DNA from: a virus
Taxonomy: Duplodnaviria; Caudoviricetes
DNA: 40,103 nt
IMG/VR virus record: IMGVR_UViG_3300049136_000118
Span: 1 to 40,103 of that record
Strand: one strand, 5' to 3'
Position 1 is the stretch's first letter. Each line of letters opens with the position of its first letter. Shown piece after piece: positions 1 through 10,400 of this stretch. The translations under genes were made by a program, and so were the position numbers. The notes below the pieces were generated by a model. It had not been told where the DNA came from. It saw only the letters and a program-made list of their open reading frames with translations, and searched no databases.

Positions 1-387
1 TTACCCATAACTGTTTCCTTCCCCCTCTTCGGGCATTGCTCCGGCCGCCTTCGCCGCCTTGTCGATCGCCGCGGCAGCGGGGCCGCCGCCTCCTTCGATC
101 ATGATCCCACCCCTGCCGATCGAGATTTTGCGGCGGTTTATCGCCAGGCCTTGCGCCAGCAGCACCGCGATAACGCCGACGAGCAGGAGGATCAGCGCAT
201 GGCCGAGCAGTTCGACGCGGCGGGCCTCGGTTGCCGCACTCCATTCGCCTGAGAATGCGAGGATCCACACCACCCACACGGCGAACACAGTCAGCGCAGC
301 GCCGCCGGCAATGCCGGAGATCAGCGCAGCCCAGGCGCGCCAATCGTGCGGCGGCCATTCGGGCAGTACGATGCTCGGCCAGGTCAC
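1..387 (-). CDS. Two-TM membrane protein, holin/lysis candidate
   Basis: GTG at 387 overlaps the endolysin stop (GTGA); two hydrophobic helices; directly follows endolysin. Confidence 0.6.
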   Translation of the reverse strand: MTWPSIVLPEWPPHDWRAWAALISGIAGGAALTVFAVWVVWILAFSGEWSAATEARRVELLGHALILLLVGVIAVLLAQGLAINRRKISIGRGGIMIEGGGGPAAAAIDKAAKAAGAMPEEGEGNSYG

Positions 388-842
388 GCCACGATGCCCG
401 GCTTGTAGATCGTCCGCCCGCGCCAGCTGCGCAGGGCGGTCAGCTCCTGGTTGCGCATTTGGCCCTCCGAGTAGCTGGCGTGGATCCACCCGGCTTCACC
501 GAATTCGTAGATCAGCTGATCGTAATCGAGGTTGCGGTGCATCCAGTTGCACACGTCGAAATTGCTCACGCCCAGCACAGTGAAGTCGGACGCCTCGCCG
601 GAACAGTGCTGCGAGCTGGACGAGCCGCCGATCGCGCGGTTAAGTTTCGGCGCGCGATAACCGCTGGAGACGATGACCGGGCGATCGTAGTGAACTCGGA
701 CCGGCTCAAGCACCCTTTCGCACAAGAGCGTCAGTGCCGCGATCTCGGCTTTACCTGGGGTATTCGCGATGCCGCGGCGAACCGCCGTCTGGCTGCGGAC
801 CATTTCGTCAAGCGTGAAGTGCTCGCTAAGCCGTGTCGCCAC
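384..842 (-). CDS. Endolysin, peptidase M15 family (D-Ala-D-Ala carboxypeptidase-like)
   Basis: LSEHFTLDEM...SSGYRAPKLNRAIGGSSSSQH..GEASDF...WIHAS motifs typical of phage Peptidase_M15_3. Confidence 0.9.
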   Translation of the reverse strand: MATRLSEHFTLDEMVRSQTAVRRGIANTPGKAEIAALTLLCERVLEPVRVHYDRPVIVSSGYRAPKLNRAIGGSSSSQHCSGEASDFTVLGVSNFDVCNWMHRNLDYDQLIYEFGEAGWIHASYSEGQMRNQELTALRSWRGRTIYKPGIVA

Positions 843-1302
843 TGTCCGTTCCTTTCATCTCAAACCGCGCTAGTAGCGCCGCCATCCCCGCGGGCAGGCT
901 CCGCTCGGGGGGAAAGGCAGCGCGCAGCAAGGCAGCCACGCGCGCGAGTGCCGGGCTCTCCGGTGCATGCCCGCGCAGCGCGTCCGTCACATCGAACAAG
1001 CCCACCGCCAGAGCTTCGTTCTGGTGACGTAGAGCCGCGAGCTCGGCTTCGCGCTGGCCGTCCCTGCGCGCGAGCTCGTCCAGCCTCTCTTCGATGCCCT
1101 CGCGGTACTCCTTGGCTGCCTGGTCGAGAGCTGCTCGATAGGCGGCGAGCCGTTCGCGCTCCGCGTCGACCTCGGCCGCACGATTGTCGATCCGCTTCGC
1201 CACCCGATCGAACAGCCAGCCAAAGCCGCGGCCGAACGCATAGAGCAGCGCCACCGCACCGGCGAAAATCCCCCCGGCCTCGCCGGCGCTCACACTGTCC
1301 AT
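826..1302 (-). CDS. Membrane-anchored coiled-coil protein of lysis region
   Basis: ATG 1302 with GAGGGG RBS; N-terminal TM followed by coiled coil; upstream of endolysin. Confidence 0.6.
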   Translation of the reverse strand: MDSVSAGEAGGIFAGAVALLYAFGRGFGWLFDRVAKRIDNRAAEVDAERERLAAYRAALDQAAKEYREGIEERLDELARRDGQREAELAALRHQNEALAVGLFDVTDALRGHAPESPALARVAALLRAAFPPERSLPAGMAALLARFEMKGTDSGDTA

Positions 1303-1348
1303 CGTTGCACCCCTCGCCGTCATGCCTGCTGTCCTTCCGCGCACCGGA

Positions 1349-4300
1349 TCACGACGGGACCAGCGCAGTCACGCCAGAGATCGTCTGCGAGATTGAGAGG
1401 CCGCCTTGAGTGATCGTCACGTCGATCGGCTCGTGAGCCGTCACCGGCGTGACGGTGTAGCTCCGCGCGGCGACGTCGTAGCTCACGGTGGCGACGGAAC
1501 TCTTCCTGTCGTCCAGGACGATCTCGAAGTGCTTGGTGCGGAGGAAGCCGTGCACGCGCGCCGATCCAGACAAGGGGAAGTGCCAGGGGCGGAACTCGCG
1601 GCGCTGCATCCTCGGCAGCAGCGTGTTCTCTGTCCGCGCGATCTTCGCGGTGCCGTTCGGCAGGCTATGCTCCCACCTGTTCCAGTTGCCGGCTGCGCTT
1701 TCGTGATAGGTGTATCGCGAGTTGCCTTCCGCAGTCATCGCGGCGGCAAGCTGGCGCGAGTGCTCGACGCTTACGAGCGTGTCGTCCGTGTCGTGGAACA
1801 GGAACAGGTGCCCGCCCTGCAGGTTCGCCGGGATGCCCTCGATCGCATAGCGGCTGCGGTAAGCTGCATCGACTGCAGCGCTTGCGCCCGGTGCCCCGCC
1901 CACGGCATTGCTGATGTCGCTCTGGAACGAACCGTTGGTGGCGTACCAGCCATAGGTCGCATCATAGCCGTAGTCGGACATGCCGAAGTGACTGGCGAAC
2001 AGATTGAAAGCATCGGGTGCCTTCATCGCCATCGCCAGCACGTTGCCGCCGCCGCCCGAGTAGCCGAACATATAGGCGTCCCGTGCGTGCGCAAACTCAG
2101 GGTAGCGCTGGCGCACCACGTCGACGGCGTCGAGAATGTCGACGATCTCGCGCGCCGAGGCATCGCGCCCGGTAAATGCAGGTCGCGCGCGCATGTTCGG
2201 AGCGATGACGAAGAAGCCACGGCGAGCGAGCCGACGATAAGTATCGTCGACGAAGCTGGCCGAATTCTCGCTCCACCCGTGCATGAGCACCAGCACCGGA
2301 GCGTTCGGCTGCAACTCATCGTAACAGATCGTCGCGTCGAGCGCGGGATAGCTCGCGGGGTCGATGCTCGACGGGTGATAGATCGTCTCTTTGCGGATGC
2401 GCGCGGGGGCAGCGCTCAGCAGCGCGGCACTGGCAGTCGAAACGGCGGTTGGCTGGAACGCGATCTTGCGGATAAACATGCCCGACTGCCGACCGCCGGC
2501 AGGATCGGAAGAGCCGTCTCGGCCGAGCCAGCGCGTCGGCACCAGAGGGTTGGCAGAACTGGTCGCAGCCTGCCCGTTCGCGCTGATGGCGGCGGTCGAC
2601 GCATCACCCGCCACGACTGCGCGGACGATCTGTTCGAAGGTGCCGCTGAAGGTGTGGCTGATCGAAGCGCCGCCCGAAACAAACATCCCTGCCGAGTTAC
2701 TGGCCAGTCGCCGATTGAGCACGACGGACGTGCCCGCGCCGCCGAGTATCGGCGCCGCGGAACTGGTGCCCGCGTTCGGCATGATGTTCTCGACTTCGAC
2801 GATCGCGGTGTATGCTGCGCCGCCCAGAACTTCGGCCAAGCGCCCCGCCGGGGTGATGATGTCGCCGCCGCGAGACCCGCTCACGGGCATGGTGGCAAAT
2901 TCGCCAGCCTGGCACTGGAACCACTCGGGGGGACCGGATACCGAGAAGGTAATGTCGGCCGCGGCCGCCAACGTGAACACTACAGGCACGCCGGGCAGCA
3001 CCCGGTCGAACTCCGCTCCGGCTTGCATCAGGACCACCGCACCGCCCACCCCGCAGGACGCGGTATAGGTGCCGGCTTCCAGCGACTTCGTTTGCGTGAA
3101 CGGCGCGATTACGCTTCCAAGCAAGTTGGTCACGTCGAACGGCTCGATCCGCAGCCCGCGGTCTGTCAGGCGAGGGCGATCGGCGGGGAACTTGATCAGA
3201 CGCCCCTTGCTGTCGACCGACCAACCGGGATCCGACCGCACGAAAAGCTGGTCGCCCACCGGCTCGGCCCGGCCCTCGTCGGGGTTCCAGAACAGGCCAC
3301 GGGTGAAGTCTATCTCGTAGCGCGTCGGGTTCTCCACCCAGTCCGGCGCCCCGGCGATCGCTGCCTGGCTGATCGCCTGCTGCGCCGTCACCAGCTCGTC
3401 CACGGTCGAGTCGGTGCGATGCAGGAAAATCTCGAACGACACGTCCGAGGCAGCGAGATCGCTGAACTCATTCAAGTCACCCGCCGAGCTGCCGTAAACC
3501 ATGCGGCCGGCATCAGCCGGAGAATTGGAGGCAAGTATGCCGGACCCCAACCATCCGGGCTTCTCGCCTGCAACGATCAGCAGCGGCTCGCTCAGCTCAG
3601 CCGTGACGACCTCACCGCTCGCAGTGATGGTCGCCGTCGCCGACCGCATTACGGTGAAGGTGTTTCCGCTGTGGCGCTCGGCTGTCACCGTCAGCGTGCC
3701 AGTGGCCTTCGCGTACAGCGTGACGTGTGTATAGAGGACCGTCTGTGCGGCCGCCGTTTCCTCCACGAACCTGTTGTTGGTGGCAGCTGTTCCGTCAATC
3801 GGCTCGTTCGGAGAACCGATCCGGGTGATCGCCTGCAGTGCCTCGGCCGCTGCCTCGGCCCGATCTGCCGCCGCAGCTGCGGCGACGTCGGGTAGATCCG
3901 CCACCTTCGCCCACAAGCCTGCGGTGTAGCTGTAGATCCCGTTGTTGGAGGCGGTCGCGTCGCCATACACAGCCGCGCTGTCGCCTTCACTGAATGGACC
4001 GGCCAGCGCATCAAGCCCCGCCTTCGTGCCCCGCGCGATGCCGGTGCGGAAGTCGTTCGCCGCCTGGATGTCGGCCGCCGCTTCCACCGCATCCGCGCGA
4101 AAGGCTTCCGTCTCATCGCGGAACACTTGCGTCTCTTGCTTGAGCTGGAAGGTGCCGACGCGCGACGCCTCGGCCTCAGCGGCAGCCTGCTCAGCGCCGG
4201 ACACGTCGTTGTCGATCCCCATGAGCTCGTCGTCGACGCGCGCCAGGACCTGCCCCTTGGCAATTTCACCGATCGGGTAGACGGTCGCCCCGCGGCCAAA

Positions 4301-4678
4301 TTTTGGAGCTCGGGCAATCTCGCGATCCTGTTCCTGCGTAACCATCGCCAGGTTGTCGAGCCGGGCTTCATGGGTCTCGGCCGGAAAGGTATCGTTTGTC
4401 TGGTAGTCGGCAGATTGGCTGCGGTCGGTTTCAGTCCAGATCGAGAGCTTAGTTCCCGCCGCCGCGGCCGTGGTGACGATCAGTGCGCCGCCGTCGTCGG
4501 TGGCGCCGCCTTCCGCGGTGTAATCGGTCCCATACACCAGCTCCGTCACCGTGCCGCCAGCGTCCGTTCGCTGCGCCTTGACGTCCTGCGGAGCCTTGAA
4601 CCTCCACGGGACGGCAAATTCAACGCTGGCCGCGTCCTCGGTATAGTCGATCGCGCGCGGCTTGGCAGCAACGGTCAT
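1349..4678 (-). CDS. Tail fibre/tailspike with C-terminal alpha/beta-hydrolase (esterase) domain
   Basis: ATG 4678 (ATGA overlap); podovirus tail-fibre anchor (FAVPWRF...YQTNDTFPAETHEARLDNL); lectin-like middle; LMHGW, GYSGGG, HDTDD, WEH hydrolase motifs. Confidence 0.8.
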   Translation of the reverse strand: MTVAAKPRAIDYTEDAASVEFAVPWRFKAPQDVKAQRTDAGGTVTELVYGTDYTAEGGATDDGGALIVTTAAAAGTKLSIWTETDRSQSADYQTNDTFPAETHEARLDNLAMVTQEQDREIARAPKFGRGATVYPIGEIAKGQVLARVDDELMGIDNDVSGAEQAAAEAEASRVGTFQLKQETQVFRDETEAFRADAVEAAADIQAANDFRTGIARGTKAGLDALAGPFSEGDSAAVYGDATASNNGIYSYTAGLWAKVADLPDVAAAAAADRAEAAAEALQAITRIGSPNEPIDGTAATNNRFVEETAAAQTVLYTHVTLYAKATGTLTVTAERHSGNTFTVMRSATATITASGEVVTAELSEPLLIVAGEKPGWLGSGILASNSPADAGRMVYGSSAGDLNEFSDLAASDVSFEIFLHRTDSTVDELVTAQQAISQAAIAGAPDWVENPTRYEIDFTRGLFWNPDEGRAEPVGDQLFVRSDPGWSVDSKGRLIKFPADRPRLTDRGLRIEPFDVTNLLGSVIAPFTQTKSLEAGTYTASCGVGGAVVLMQAGAEFDRVLPGVPVVFTLAAAADITFSVSGPPEWFQCQAGEFATMPVSGSRGGDIITPAGRLAEVLGGAAYTAIVEVENIMPNAGTSSAAPILGGAGTSVVLNRRLASNSAGMFVSGGASISHTFSGTFEQIVRAVVAGDASTAAISANGQAATSSANPLVPTRWLGRDGSSDPAGGRQSGMFIRKIAFQPTAVSTASAALLSAAPARIRKETIYHPSSIDPASYPALDATICYDELQPNAPVLVLMHGWSENSASFVDDTYRRLARRGFFVIAPNMRARPAFTGRDASAREIVDILDAVDVVRQRYPEFAHARDAYMFGYSGGGGNVLAMAMKAPDAFNLFASHFGMSDYGYDATYGWYATNGSFQSDISNAVGGAPGASAAVDAAYRSRYAIEGIPANLQGGHLFLFHDTDDTLVSVEHSRQLAAAMTAEGNSRYTYHESAAGNWNRWEHSLPNGTAKIARTENTLLPRMQRREFRPWHFPLSGSARVHGFLRTKHFEIVLDDRKSSVATVSYDVAARSYTVTPVTAHEPIDVTITQGGLSISQTISGVTALVPS

Positions 4679-7170
4679 TCGTTCGGTCCCCCTTCGAGTG
4701 CGTTGGCAAACTCGGGAGAGCGCTCCGGCGCCATTGCGCCGGGCTCCCACCAATAATCGGTGCCCTGCTCGCCGGCGTAGCGCTCCATGCGCGACCAGCT
4801 CTTGCGGTATTCGGGATCGATTGCCTCGTGCGCCTGGTCGGCAAGCATGCGGTCGAACGCCAGGCGCGAGTACCAGAGGTTGTTGCCGGGAAGGAAACCT
4901 TTGGCCTCGCGCACGATCGACTTGCGCGGATCCTTCGCGCCGAGCACGTTGGCGATCCCCTGCGCATCGTCGACCAGCGGCCCAGCTAACGTCTGCGCAA
5001 ACCCGCCGCCGGCGCGGCTCTGCGAGGCAAACAGGAAATCGCCGTATATCCCGAAGCCGCCGCCCTGCAGCATCGCCGCACCCCAGAAGCCGGGGTTGCT
5101 GCTCATCGCGCCCTTGTCGTCGTCCCAGAACGGCGTGTCGTTCATCGGCCGCGGATCCTTACCCGCGGCGAGCGCCTTGAGCTGCATCGCGAGGGCGCCC
5201 ATCAGCGTGGTTCCGATGATAAGCCCACCGGCATAGCGCGCTGCGGTCGCCGGCTGCATGGCGAGGATCTCGCGCGACTGGCGCAGGACCACCGACACAC
5301 CGAAGCTCTTGAACAGGATCGCCGAACGGCCGACTTCGCCGAGAACCGTTCCGCGCTCGAGCTTGGAGTTGAACACTGCCCGCGTGCCCAGATCGGCCAC
5401 CGGAACCGCGATGTCGGTTTCCTCGTGGACCATCTCCATAAACCGCGAGGCGAGCTCCCGGTCCTCGAGGTTATGCGGTGAGATCCATTCTACCCCGCGA
5501 TCGAGATCCATTGACGCGCTGCGCAGCGCGTCCCATCCGGCCGCATCGATGCCGTAGCGCTGCAGCCCTTCGCGCAGCTTCGGCTCGAGTTGGTCGAAGC
5601 CTTTGCCGGCCTGCTCGGTATAGGTGGCGAGCGTCTCCATCCCGTAAGCCCACCGCATCGCTTGCGTGTGGCGGGCGAGCAGCGAGAGCCGCAACACACC
5701 GCTGGCGAGGCGCCGCGGGATCTCCCCGGTCAGCTCTTCCATGAGGTAGCGGCTTTGCGCTGCCGTACGCTGCGCCCACTCCTCCGCGATCAGGCCTCGC
5801 CGAACGGCCAACTTCTGGTCCTCGATCGAACCGGCGCGCATCAGCTTGAGGTATTGCGGAAGGACGCTCGCCTGACCGAGACCGTTGAACGACCGCCGCG
5901 CCTGCTGGAACGCAAAATCGCTGACCGCCGTCAGATATGCGCCGCCAAGCTTCGTCGCCACCTGAAAGCTGCGCAGGCTCGAGAACGTCAGCGCCAGCGT
6001 GCGATTACGCGGCTCGAGGTTGGCGCCGCGGTACTCACCCCACAGTTCGTCAATTTCCTTTGTGGCTTTCTTGGCAGCGTCGACCCCCTTGCTATCGGGC
6101 GATCGGTCGATGCCGGCAGACTGCCGAAGCGTGCCCTTGACCCATTCCAGAGTAGCGTCCGGATTGGGCCCGAGGATCTCCATCGCCGCGATATCGCGCG
6201 CCATCCCCTCCATGTGGCCCACCATGGCATCATACGCGGTGCCGGCGCCGAAGGTCTCGTGATAAGCCATCCAGTCGTCGGCTGACTTGAACACCAGGAA
6301 GCGCGGATCCGCGCGGCTGTTCGCCAGTGCCCGGCCGCCCGGCGCGCCGGGCGTCATCTTGTTGAGCCCGTCGCTGCGGATCGTCTCGAACACCTCTTCC
6401 AGCGCCGCCTCGAGGCCCTCGCGGGTGAAGCGCTGCCCGGTGCGCTGGTCGACCATCTTGCCGAGATCGAGCCGCGGCAGGATTTCCGCGCGCCAGGCAT
6501 CGAACCCGGCCTTGCGGACGGAGCGCGGATTGTGGTTCTGTGGCAGGCCCCAGTCGGCGCGGAAACCGACCTCGCCGCCGGCCTTGTTGAACCGCAGACG
6601 CAGGCCTTCGGCCGTCTGCCGCCAAGCGCCGGCCAGCTCTTTCGCCGCGTGGTTGCCGCTGTCCTCGCCGAATAGCTCGCGGGCGATATCGCGTAGCTGC
6701 GCCTTCTTGCGCACCTGCCCGAACAGGTTGGCCGAATGGTCCGAGAGGATCCGATCCATCTGCCGGTGCGCCTGGCCGAGGATCGCTTTGCGGCGCCCTT
6801 CCACATTAGAGTAAGGCGCTCGCGGATCATGGTCGATCAGCGCCGGGCCGGCGTTCGGGGCGATCGGGCCGGATCCGTCACGTTTCCCGCCACGGATCCG
6901 GCCGTCGCCCCCGCCGCCGTATGTCGCCAGGTCGCTGACTATCCGTGTGCGCACCTTGATCGTCCGGCCGGCGAGGAATTCTTTGCGCGTGACGTTCCGC
7001 TCGAGCGCTTCGAGCACGGCCGCGCTAGCCGTCGCTTCAGCCGTCTCGAGCGACCCGGTGCGCGCGTGCTCGGCGAGCAGCTCGTCGTACAGTGCGCGCG
7101 CATCCGCGGCCTGCTCCTCGGAGAGCTTCCCATCGGCCACGAGGCCGGGAAGGCACGCGCCGAGCGACAC
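4675..7170 (-). CDS. Internal virion (ejection) protein, 831 aa
   Basis: Large helical protein just before tail fibre; C-terminal LQGGGFGIYGDFL...LPGNNLWY typical of podovirus ejection proteins. Confidence 0.75.
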   Translation of the reverse strand: MSLGACLPGLVADGKLSEEQAADARALYDELLAEHARTGSLETAEATASAAVLEALERNVTRKEFLAGRTIKVRTRIVSDLATYGGGGDGRIRGGKRDGSGPIAPNAGPALIDHDPRAPYSNVEGRRKAILGQAHRQMDRILSDHSANLFGQVRKKAQLRDIARELFGEDSGNHAAKELAGAWRQTAEGLRLRFNKAGGEVGFRADWGLPQNHNPRSVRKAGFDAWRAEILPRLDLGKMVDQRTGQRFTREGLEAALEEVFETIRSDGLNKMTPGAPGGRALANSRADPRFLVFKSADDWMAYHETFGAGTAYDAMVGHMEGMARDIAAMEILGPNPDATLEWVKGTLRQSAGIDRSPDSKGVDAAKKATKEIDELWGEYRGANLEPRNRTLALTFSSLRSFQVATKLGGAYLTAVSDFAFQQARRSFNGLGQASVLPQYLKLMRAGSIEDQKLAVRRGLIAEEWAQRTAAQSRYLMEELTGEIPRRLASGVLRLSLLARHTQAMRWAYGMETLATYTEQAGKGFDQLEPKLREGLQRYGIDAAGWDALRSASMDLDRGVEWISPHNLEDRELASRFMEMVHEETDIAVPVADLGTRAVFNSKLERGTVLGEVGRSAILFKSFGVSVVLRQSREILAMQPATAARYAGGLIIGTTLMGALAMQLKALAAGKDPRPMNDTPFWDDDKGAMSSNPGFWGAAMLQGGGFGIYGDFLFASQSRAGGGFAQTLAGPLVDDAQGIANVLGAKDPRKSIVREAKGFLPGNNLWYSRLAFDRMLADQAHEAIDPEYRKSWSRMERYAGEQGTDYWWEPGAMAPERSPEFANALEGGPNE

Positions 7171-7171
7171 G

Positions 7172-7435
7172 TTACTGCAAGGTCACGGAAACAGCGCCGG
7201 ATCCGTCGAGCGAGCGGGCCCACACATTCGCGGCGTTGACGCTGGTGCGTTCGCGCGGGCCGAGCACGGTGCCACTCTTGCCGTTCGGCGCACCAGCGCC
7301 GCCGGAGACGATCGCCACCGCTGCGCTGCCGACGTTTTGGATCTCGGCCGCGACCGAAGCGAGCGTCGCGTGCGTGGCGACCAGGTCCGCCCAGTCAACG
7401 CCCACCGGGACGTCCGCGAGTGTAGATGTTGCCAT
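7172..7435 (-). CDS. Hypothetical 87-aa beta-rich protein
   Basis: GAGGAAGG RBS; fills the gap between ejection genes exactly. Confidence 0.7.
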   Translation of the reverse strand: MATSTLADVPVGVDWADLVATHATLASVAAEIQNVGSAAVAIVSGGAGAPNGKSGTVLGPRERTSVNAANVWARSLDGSGAVSVTLQ

Positions 7436-7448
7436 CGTCAGTCCTTCC

Positions 7449-10400
7449 TCATTTCAGACACTTGCGTATTTCGTCGAGTGCGGTGCGGTCAGCATCAATC
7501 TCCGCGCGGATCTCTTCGGCCGAGCGCGGGCCCTTACCGTCGTCGAGATCGAATTTCGGTTGTTCGGCGGCATCGAACAGCGGCGACCCGATAGTGCCGT
7601 CCTGGTCGGATGCCGCGCGCATGGGCGCTTCCGCGCCGAGCCGAGCTTCCTGCCGCTGGCGAGCGGTGATGTTGGGATCCTGCCCGGCACGGATATCGTG
7701 CCAGTCGCTTTCGGCCGCAGCCTTGATGCCGTCCCCGGCCGCGTCGTCGAACGCCCGCGTGGCCACCTGATCGGGTGCAGGCGGATCGCCGAACAGCCCG
7801 AGTTCGTCAGCCTGATCGCGCGCGGCGGGTGCTAGTTCGTCGAGACTTTCAGCAGCTTGGACCGCAGGCTCGCCGAAGCGTCCGCTTCCGCCAGGCCCAT
7901 CGCCAGGCCCATCAGCTGCGCGGCCCGCTCGCTCGAGATCGGCGAGGTCGAGCTTGCGGATTGCGGCGACGAGGTCGCGGCCGACGCCGCTGATTGGCTC
8001 GCCGTCTGCGAGGCGTCTTGCCGCCCGGTCGAGGAGCTCATTGACCGCATTTCCCTTCCTTAGCGCCAGGCGCTCCACCAATTCAAGGGCAACCGCATTG
8101 GCTGCCGCGGCCGCCTCGCTGCCGGCTACGTCGATCCGGTTGCCGCCGCTCTCGAGCGCTTCGGCATTGCGGGCGGCGACACCGAACGCGCCCTTGAGCT
8201 TCTTGAGCTCGCGCAGTGAGCGATCGAGCAGCCTGGCCCGCTGGATGAACACGCCGCTGACCAAGTCGCGCGTGCCGAACAGCTCGTCTTGCGTTTCCTT
8301 GATGAAGCCGGCCTCGAGCGCCTGGCGAACCATTGCCTCGGCCTGCCGCCGGTTCGCCGGGTCGGTTTCCGCGAGCAGGCGCACCAGCGCCATGTGTGTT
8401 GCCGGATCCGGCGCGAGATGCCCGATCGCAGCGCCGTGGCTTTCCGGGATCACTTCGTTGACGACAGCCCCAAAGGCTTCGTCGTCGAGCCGCGCGAGTG
8501 CCTTGCCGTCGCGTACCAGGGCCGATCGCGGCGGCAGGCGGCGTTCCACCGCGGCTTCCACCGCTTCCCCGCCTTCGCGGAAAACTTTGGCCGCGTCGGC
8601 CGGCGTGCCAGTCCCTTCGCCGATGTTCTTGAGCGCGGTGATGATCCGCGCATCACGCGCGTCGAAGCCGTCCGCCTCGCGCAGCACGAACGCGTTGAGC
8701 GTCACAGGCTCGCCCCCGCGTTGCTGGATCCGCCGCGCCAGCCCGAGCCGCTGGTGCCCGTCGGCAATCAGCCGCCGGCCGTTGGCCGCTTCCCACACGG
8801 TCACCATGCCCGCAGCGATCGGATCCCAATCCTCGATCCCCTGCAGCCGTTCGGTGACCCCGAATTGGTCGCCGCCGCTCTTGAACTGCATCAGCTGCGC
8901 GTCCGCCTCGATCGCGTCGGCCGTGAACGCGGCGATCGGCACCGCACGTCCGGCGCTGGTGACCACCGGCCGCTCCGCTTGGAGCATGTCGGCACGGACC
9001 CGCGCGACGTCCAGCTGTGTTTCCTCTGCCGCGATCGCCGCGCGAACGTCCGCCGACCCGTCGTCACCGAGATCAGCGAGCGCACCGGCGGCGGGCGCGT
9101 CCGCGGAAGAACCCATCTTCCCATGCGCCCATTCGATCAGCCAACCCGCCGTCTTGCCGCGAAGGAACGGGTTGGCCGCGACGGCTGCGGCCCCGAGCAC
9201 CCGCTCCACTGGCATTCCCGGAGGTGCATCCAGAGCCTTGCGGGCGCCTGCCGGGCCGGCGAAGTGTGCCAGGTACAGGTTGCCTTCGTTGGCGCCATGG
9301 CCGGCGCGCCGCAGCGCGGCCGCGTTATCGGCCGTGAGATCGCCCATCAGCTCGTCTTGCAGTCGCCCATCGCCTTTCCTGGCGAGGATCTGCGCATCGG
9401 TCAGGCCGGCGGCACCGTAGCGGCGCTTGTAGTAGGCAAGCCAGGTGCCATCGGTGAACTGATATCGGCCTGCCGCGCTAGAGCGCGGATTGCGCGCGTT
9501 GTCGTCGCCGCCGCTCTCTGCACTACGGACCCGCTCCATGAACCGGGCTTCGGCACCCTCGGCCACTCCTCGAACAGCTGTGCCGCGTCCGGCGGCCGCG
9601 GCGACCACGGACGAAACAGGCTGTTCCGGGACCAGCTTGCCGCGCTCGAGCGCGTCCATCGCTTCGACCAGTTTGGCGCCATGCGTATCGGCGCCGGCGT
9701 AGGTCCGCTCGAAAGGATTGACCGCCTCGATCTCGCTTTCGCGCGTCAGAACATTGAAGGCCGCGGCCTGATCGGGGGTGCGCAAGCTCTCGGGCACGGC
9801 CTGCGCCAGCGCCCGGGCCACATCGCGATCGGCGAACGCCTCGTCAATCCGGTCGCGCACCGGCGCGGCAATGCGCATGCCAGCGGCGTCGACGGCCGGC
9901 GCCGCCTCTATTGCTCCCCGGAACGCCGCACCTGCAGCAAAGCCCAGGACCACGTCCTGCGCCGCCTCGCGCACCCCGTAGTCTTCACCCATTTTGGCGA
10001 AGGTGCGACGGCTTGTCGTTCCAGCCTGGACGGCCTCGATCCCGGCGTTGACCAATCCCTCGCTGAAGATACGCGTGGCGGCTGTCTTGCCGATCCCGCC
10101 GATCGGCAGGCTCGCCAGGTTGAGCGGGTCGCGCATCGAAGCCGGGATCCCGCCGATCAGCGTCGGCACAATCCCACCGCGTGAAGTCGTCTCAAGGTCT
10201 CGCTGGCGATCGCCGTCGCGGGTCAGCACTTGCCGCTCGAATGCCGCCCGATCTCCGATCTCTGCGAAGGCTTGTGGATCCGCGGAGCGCTGCCGGTCGA
10301 TCTCCCGCCAGATCGCATCCCGGTCGAGCATCGAATTGTCGGTGAAGGGCAGGGCGGTCCGACGATACCAGGGTTTGAGGAAGTCGCCGCTCTTCTTCCC

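Noticed and set aside
1406-3895. Long plus-strand ORFs opposite structural genes (also 8289-10184, 26680-28332)
   Set aside because: Antisense shadows of high-GC coding genes; no motifs, Arg-rich composition
1349-4678. BPP-1-type diversity-generating retroelement targeting the tail fibre
   Set aside because: No reverse transcriptase and no TR/VR repeat pair seen in the window
7889-7912. 12-bp tandem duplication CGCCAGGCCCAT
   Set aside because: In-frame linker repeat (DGPG) in a low-complexity region
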